Shown: piece after piece, positions 57,740 to 64,000 of the stretch
Numbering within the stretch: position 1 is the first letter of the stretch
Layout of the letters: every line of letters begins with the position of its first letter
DNA from: Ferrovaceae bacterium
GTDB lineage: Bacteria; Pseudomonadota; Gammaproteobacteria; Burkholderiales; Ferrovaceae
Direction of reading: 5' to 3'
Length of the DNA: 64,000 nucleotides
Assembly: GCA_027311025.1 (NCBI GenBank)
Contig: DAICZS010000005.1
Coordinates: 7,784-71,783, forward strand
Position numbers and translations under genes: made by a program
Notes under the pieces: generated by a model
Seen by the model: only the letters and a program-made list of their open reading frames with translations
Told to the model about the DNA's origin: nothing
Databases searched by the model: none

Positions 57740-57767
57740 ATTATATCCAGTTGCATCAACGCGTCAA
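57740..57767 (-). promoter_or_regulatory. near-consensus sigma70 promoter of the tlpA cluster (TTGACG-16-TATAAT)
   Basis: Minus strand reads ttgacg cgttgatgcaactgga tataat. The -35 is at 57762-57767 and the -10 at 57740-57745. Confidence 0.6.
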
Positions 57768-57808
57768 GAAATCTTTAAATCGGTGAAGAAAAAATGGGCG
57801 TGCCAGCG

Positions 57809-57842
57809 AAAAAAAACGCACGAAGCCCGAGAGCTTCGTGCG
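57809..57842 (-). terminator. Rho-independent terminator of purA
   Basis: Perfect 10-bp stem cgcacgaagc / gcttcgtgcg (57817-57826 / 57833-57842) with a 6-nt loop. An 8-nt U-run follows on the minus strand (plus-strand A-run 57809-57816). Confidence 0.85.
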
Positions 57843-57904
57843 CGAGGATCGCGTCAGTGAACGGCTATGAGGAGAAAGCAGGAATCAGCTAAAGCGGTGG
57901 CCGT

Positions 57905-60220
<2,316 letters not shown>

Positions 60221-60224
<4 letters not shown>

Positions 60225-60415
60225 CGTGTCACCTGCAGCAGGATGACGCCCACGAGAATGGCGCCCAATCCCAGAAAACGGATTTGACCATCACTGAACT
60301 GGCCAATCCGCGTGATGGTCTCACGCCAGCGGGCAGGCGCAACGAAAGGCATCAAGCCTTCCAGAACGAGCACCAACGCCAGGGCGGTTAACAAAGACTG
60401 CATGGAAAGACTCAC
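60221..60415 (-). CDS. DUF2065-family small membrane protein
   Basis: 60-64 aa with two hydrophobic helices. Conserved position between hflC and hisZ. Start is GTG 60415 (GTGA overlap) or ATG 60403. Confidence 0.7.
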
Positions 60416-61296
60416 TTTTTACCAGAGGCGCCCGGCGTATTTTTGAAATACCTAAAGAACTCGGAAGATGGATCGAGCACCAGTACATCCCCTTTTCCTT
60501 TCAGCCCCTGCTGGTAGGTCTCCAGACTGCGATAGAACGCGTAAAACTCGGGATTGCGGCCATAGGCTTCCGCATAGATGGCCGAAGCCCTGGCATCGCC
60601 GGACCCTTTGATGTGTTGGGCTTCGCGGAAAGCCTCTGCCAGGATGACCTCACGCTGCCGTTCGGCATCTGCCCTGATTTTTTCGGCTTCGCCAGCACCC
60701 GTCGAGCGCAATTCATTTGCCACACGCTTGCGTTCGGCTTCCATGCGCCGATAGACCGACTCACTGACCTCAGGGGTCAACTCCACGCGACGGATTCTGA
60801 CATCCAGCACCTGGATGCCAATCTGTCGTGCATCGTGATCAGCGCGCGCGCGCATGGCTTCGATGATATTGGCCCGTTCACCCGATACGGCCTCATGCAC
60901 CGTGCGTTGCGCAAACTCTGAACGCAGGTCGCCATTGACGGTCTGGCTCAGACGCACCTGGGCGCGCCGCTCGTCGCCACCCACGCTGACGTAGAACTGT
61001 TTGACGTCGGCGATCTTCCACTTGACGAAGTAATCCACCAGCAAGGGTTTCTTTTCGGAAGTGATGAATCGTTCGGGATCCTTGTTGTCGAGCGTCTGTA
61101 TGCGAATATCGAAGAACCTGACGTTCTGGATCAGGGGAATCTTGAAATAAAGTCCCGGCGAAGTCCGGACGGCAACCACTTCACCCAGTTGAAACACCAG
61201 CGCCTGCTGGGTCTGATTGACGGTATACAGACTGAATATGGCCAGCAAGACAACGACGATCAAGCCGATCAGGTAGGCACCCATATCCTTCATCAT
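60412..61296 (-). CDS. hflC: protease modulator HflC (band-7/SPFH)
   Basis: 294 aa. N-terminal TM and SPFH domain. ATGA overlap with hflK. Confidence 0.92.
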   Translation of the reverse strand: MMKDMGAYLIGLIVVVLLAIFSLYTVNQTQQALVFQLGEVVAVRTSPGLYFKIPLIQNVRFFDIRIQTLDNKDPERFITSEKKPLLVDYFVKWKIADVKQFYVSVGGDERRAQVRLSQTVNGDLRSEFAQRTVHEAVSGERANIIEAMRARADHDARQIGIQVLDVRIRRVELTPEVSESVYRRMEAERKRVANELRSTGAGEAEKIRADAERQREVILAEAFREAQHIKGSGDARASAIYAEAYGRNPEFYAFYRSLETYQQGLKGKGDVLVLDPSSEFFRYFKNTPGASGKK

Positions 61297-62585
61297 GGCC
61301 GGGGCTCCCTGTCGCGGGTACGGAAGGCATCGCGAGAGCGCCCATCCTGAACCGCATCCACCTGGGGTGGTGATGTTGAAGCAGCATTACCTGAAGAAGA
61401 AGGTGCAACCGGCGTTGGCGTTGGTGTGGGTGCCGGTGCTGTAGTTGCATGCGCCGCAGGCGGTTGATTCTCTGAACCGCCTTCGGATGCCCCACTGCTG
61501 GCCTGGATCAGCTTGTCGAGAGGCAAATACAACAGGTTGGTTCCGGATTTCTGGTCTGCCACCACTTTGGTGGTATTGGTCAAAACCTGCTGCATCATGT
61601 CCTGGTATAAACGTTGACGAGTCACTTCAGGCGCTTTGACATACTCCACCAGCACCTGTTTGAAACGACTGGCATCGCCTTCAGCGCGAATCACCACTCG
61701 TTGGGCGTAGGCTTTGGCCTCTTCCAGCAAACGGGAGGCCGTTCCCTTGGCACGGGGCACGATGTCGTTGGCGTAAGCCTGGCCCTCGTTGGTCTGACGT
61801 TCCCTGTCCTGACCCGCCTTGACCGCATCGTCAAAAGCCGCCTGAACCTGCTCTGGAGGTTGCGCATTCTGCATGTTGACCTTGCTGATGGCAATGCCGG
61901 TTTGGTAGCGATCCAGAATTTCCTGCATCAGACGTGCTGATTCATCAGCAATCTGGGTGCGTCCTTCATACAACACAAAATCCATTTTGTGGCGCCCCAC
62001 CACTTCGCGAATTGCCGTTTCGGCCACCTGCATGACGGCTTCGTCAGGATCGCGGTTGTTGAACAGAAAGGCCTGCGGATCCTTGATGGTGTACTGGATG
62101 GCGAACTGGTTGTCGATGATGTTTTCGTCATCGGTCAGCATGAGGGACTCGTGCAGCACCTTTGATTTGAGGTTGGTGCGATAGCCCAACTCCACAGTAC
62201 GAACCTGTGCCACATTGAGGGGGCTGCCCGTAGCCTGGGTTTCTATGGGATAAGGCAGATGCCAATGGGGGCCGGGCGCCGTGGTTTCCTGGAATTTGCC
62301 AAAGCGCAGGATCACGCCGATGCGCCCCGCATCAACGATGTAAAAGCCTGACAGCAGCCAAACCACCACGAGGCCTGCCAACAGGGCCAACAGGGCATTC
62401 TTCCCTCCGGGAAGGTTACGGCCCGTCCCTCCAGGGCCGGGAGGCGTTGCCCCGGGAGTGCGCGGCGGCGCCTGTCCGGGCGCGCCCTTGGACTTCAGCT
62501 TTTGAACGAGACGACGCCAGATCTCATCGAGATCTGGGGGGCCTTCGTTATTACTCTTTCCCCACTGGGGATCATTCTGTGCCAT
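61293..62585 (-). CDS. hflK: FtsH protease activity modulator HflK (band-7/SPFH)
   Basis: ATG 62585 (MAQNDPQWGKSNNEGPPDLDEIWRR). TM and SPFH domain with a Pro/Ala/Thr-rich C-terminal tail. Confidence 0.92.
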   Translation of the reverse strand: MAQNDPQWGKSNNEGPPDLDEIWRRLVQKLKSKGAPGQAPPRTPGATPPGPGGTGRNLPGGKNALLALLAGLVVVWLLSGFYIVDAGRIGVILRFGKFQETTAPGPHWHLPYPIETQATGSPLNVAQVRTVELGYRTNLKSKVLHESLMLTDDENIIDNQFAIQYTIKDPQAFLFNNRDPDEAVMQVAETAIREVVGRHKMDFVLYEGRTQIADESARLMQEILDRYQTGIAISKVNMQNAQPPEQVQAAFDDAVKAGQDRERQTNEGQAYANDIVPRAKGTASRLLEEAKAYAQRVVIRAEGDASRFKQVLVEYVKAPEVTRQRLYQDMMQQVLTNTTKVVADQKSGTNLLYLPLDKLIQASSGASEGGSENQPPAAHATTAPAPTPTPTPVAPSSSGNAASTSPPQVDAVQDGRSRDAFRTRDREPRP

Positions 62586-63807
62586 TGGGATATTCAGTAT
62601 GTCTCTCGATGGGAGCATCGGATTGCTCGGCTACCTGTCGCCGGGATTGGCACATTTCAGCAAAGGCTTGCCGGATGTACTCCATCCCGGCACCCGTCAA
62701 AGCGCTTGCCCGAACCGTCGAAATTGTACCATAGGCATCCCGCTCCAATCCGGCCTCAACCAGCGGCAAACGATCCACCTTATTGTAGACCAGGAGTTGC
62801 GGCACCTGGTCCGCACCGATTTCCGCAAGCACGGCATTGACCGCCGCGATCTGCTCATCGCGTTCAGGGTCGGCGCTGTCCACCACGTGTACCAGCAGGT
62901 CGGCATCCCGGGTCTCGTCGAGGGTCGCCCTGAATGCTGCCACCAAGGTGTGGGGCAAATGGCGAATGAACCCCACCGTGTCAGACAACACCACCGTCGC
63001 TTCAGGACCGAGATAGAGTTTGCGGGTGGTCGTATCAAGGGTGGCGAACAGCTGGTCCGCGGTATACGCCTTGGCGTGGGTCAGCCGATTGAACAAGGTG
63101 GACTTGCCCGCATTGGTGTAACCCACCAGGGAAACCTGCAGCACCCCTGCCCTGCCGCGGGCCTGTCGCTGCGTGCGGTGACTGCGACGCACTTTGGCAA
63201 GACGCTCCTTCAGGGTCTTGACCCGCTTACCCAACAGCCGGCGGTCCGTCTCCAACTGCGTCTCACCAGGACCGCGCAGTCCAATCCCGCCTTTTTGCCG
63301 TTCCAGATGGGTCCAACCGCGAACAAGCCGCGTGGCCAGACGTTGCAATTGGGCCAGTTCCACCTGGAGCAATCCTTCGTGGCTGCGGGCGCGTTGCGCA
63401 AAAATATCCAGGATCAGGCTGGTACGATCAATGACCCGGCAACCCAGGACACGCGCCATGTTGCGTTCCTGCGCTGGAGAGATGTCGTGGTTCATGATGA
63501 CGAGGCCCGCCTGTTCTGCAGCCACCCGCTCGGCGACTTCCTGCAGTTTGCCACTACCCACGAACGTGCTTGAATCCGGTTTAAGCCGTTTGCCCAGTAC
63601 AGTATCGGCCACAGTGAGGCCTGCACTCTGTGCCAGCAGTGCCAGCTCATCCACGCTATCAGAATCGCGACCTAAATCGAGGCTGACCAGAACGGCCCGC
63701 TGTGGATCTCCGATGACCTGCTCTGTGGTTTCCAGAGCACCTACTGCTTCTGACCTTCTGGGTGGGGACTTGCGACCCCGGCCCACCAATGGGCCAGAAT
63801 CCGTCAT
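62572..63807 (-). CDS. hflX: GTPase HflX
   Basis: ATG 63807, 8 nt after the hfq stop. G1 GYTNAGKSTLFN, G3 DTVGF, G4 NKVD. Confidence 0.93.
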   Translation of the reverse strand: MTDSGPLVGRGRKSPPRRSEAVGALETTEQVIGDPQRAVLVSLDLGRDSDSVDELALLAQSAGLTVADTVLGKRLKPDSSTFVGSGKLQEVAERVAAEQAGLVIMNHDISPAQERNMARVLGCRVIDRTSLILDIFAQRARSHEGLLQVELAQLQRLATRLVRGWTHLERQKGGIGLRGPGETQLETDRRLLGKRVKTLKERLAKVRRSHRTQRQARGRAGVLQVSLVGYTNAGKSTLFNRLTHAKAYTADQLFATLDTTTRKLYLGPEATVVLSDTVGFIRHLPHTLVAAFRATLDETRDADLLVHVVDSADPERDEQIAAVNAVLAEIGADQVPQLLVYNKVDRLPLVEAGLERDAYGTISTVRASALTGAGMEYIRQAFAEMCQSRRQVAEQSDAPIERHTEYPNGTE

Positions 63808-63814
63808 TGCGCCA

Positions 63815-64000
63815 TCAGCTTTCTGAAGCGGAATCGGTCGTGGGCATGGACACAGAACGTGCCGGAACAACAGTGGAAATGGCGTGCTTGTATACCATTT
63901 GAGTGGTGGTGTTTTTCAACAACACCACGTATTGGTCGAAAGACTCCACCTGGCCTTGTAGCTTGATGCCGTTAACCAGATAGATTGAAACGGGAATATG
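63815..64000 (-). CDS. hfq: RNA chaperone Hfq, C-terminal 61 codons (N-terminus beyond right window edge)
   Basis: Absent from the ORF track. Own translation: [61 protein letters not shown]. Confidence 0.93.
   Translation of the reverse strand, partial: HIPVSIYLVNGIKLQGQVESFDQYVVLLKNTTTQMVYKHAISTVVPARSVSMPTTDSASES

Noticed and set aside
62599-63573. 324-aa plus-strand ORF (also 48880-49737 and 44885-45577)
   Set aside because: Antisense to hflX (and to rlmB/rnr and radA). These are shadow ORFs.

Overview
This is a gene-dense 64-kb chromosomal segment with about 68 CDS and 4 tRNA genes. I saw no rRNA, CRISPR, transposase or integrase. GC looks about 58-62% in the core by eye (not computed). 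The housekeeping synteny is typical of a betaproteobacterium (inference): moaA-mobA-moeA-bpt-pyrD-fdx-nth; dnaQ-rnhA-yafS/gloB-mltD; a yejABEF-type peptide ABC importer; fabI; ppiD, tRNA-Asp, tRNA-Val, hupB, lon, clpX, clpP, tig; a Liv-type ABC transporter; rpsF-priB-rpsR-rplI-dnaB-radA; rnr-rlmB; hfq-hflX-hflK-hflC-DUF2065-hisZ-purA. Three regions stand out. (1) 38.98-42.18 kb holds a divergent ECF sigma / minimal ZAS anti-sigma pair next to a translationally coupled operon: DUF2282 Cys-rich secreted peptide, DUF692 (MNIO oxidase), DUF2063, DoxX. This is a bufferin/gig-type RiPP metallophore cluster and is the strongest candidate for the interesting system. (2) 51.78-57.77 kb holds a tlpA-DUF4266-DUF3570-apbE-dsbD-(repeat protein) cluster. 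It looks like an uncharacterised extracytosolic thiol/flavin redox system, with a flavinylation-type DSISGAS motif in the DUF3570 protein. (3) 32.5-36.4 kb holds ubiD coupled to ubiU-ubiV-ubiT (O2-independent ubiquinone hydroxylation). Blocks (1) and (2) each begin immediately 3-prime of a tRNA-Leu gene and look lower in GC. Many long ORFs in the supplied track are antisense shadow ORFs. Two real CDS run off the window edges and are missing from the track: a decarboxylase at 1-1316 and hfq at 63815-64000. The track shows TTG/GTG starts as M, so I re-picked several starts. All functional calls come from motif and synteny recognition by eye; no database search or computation was run.
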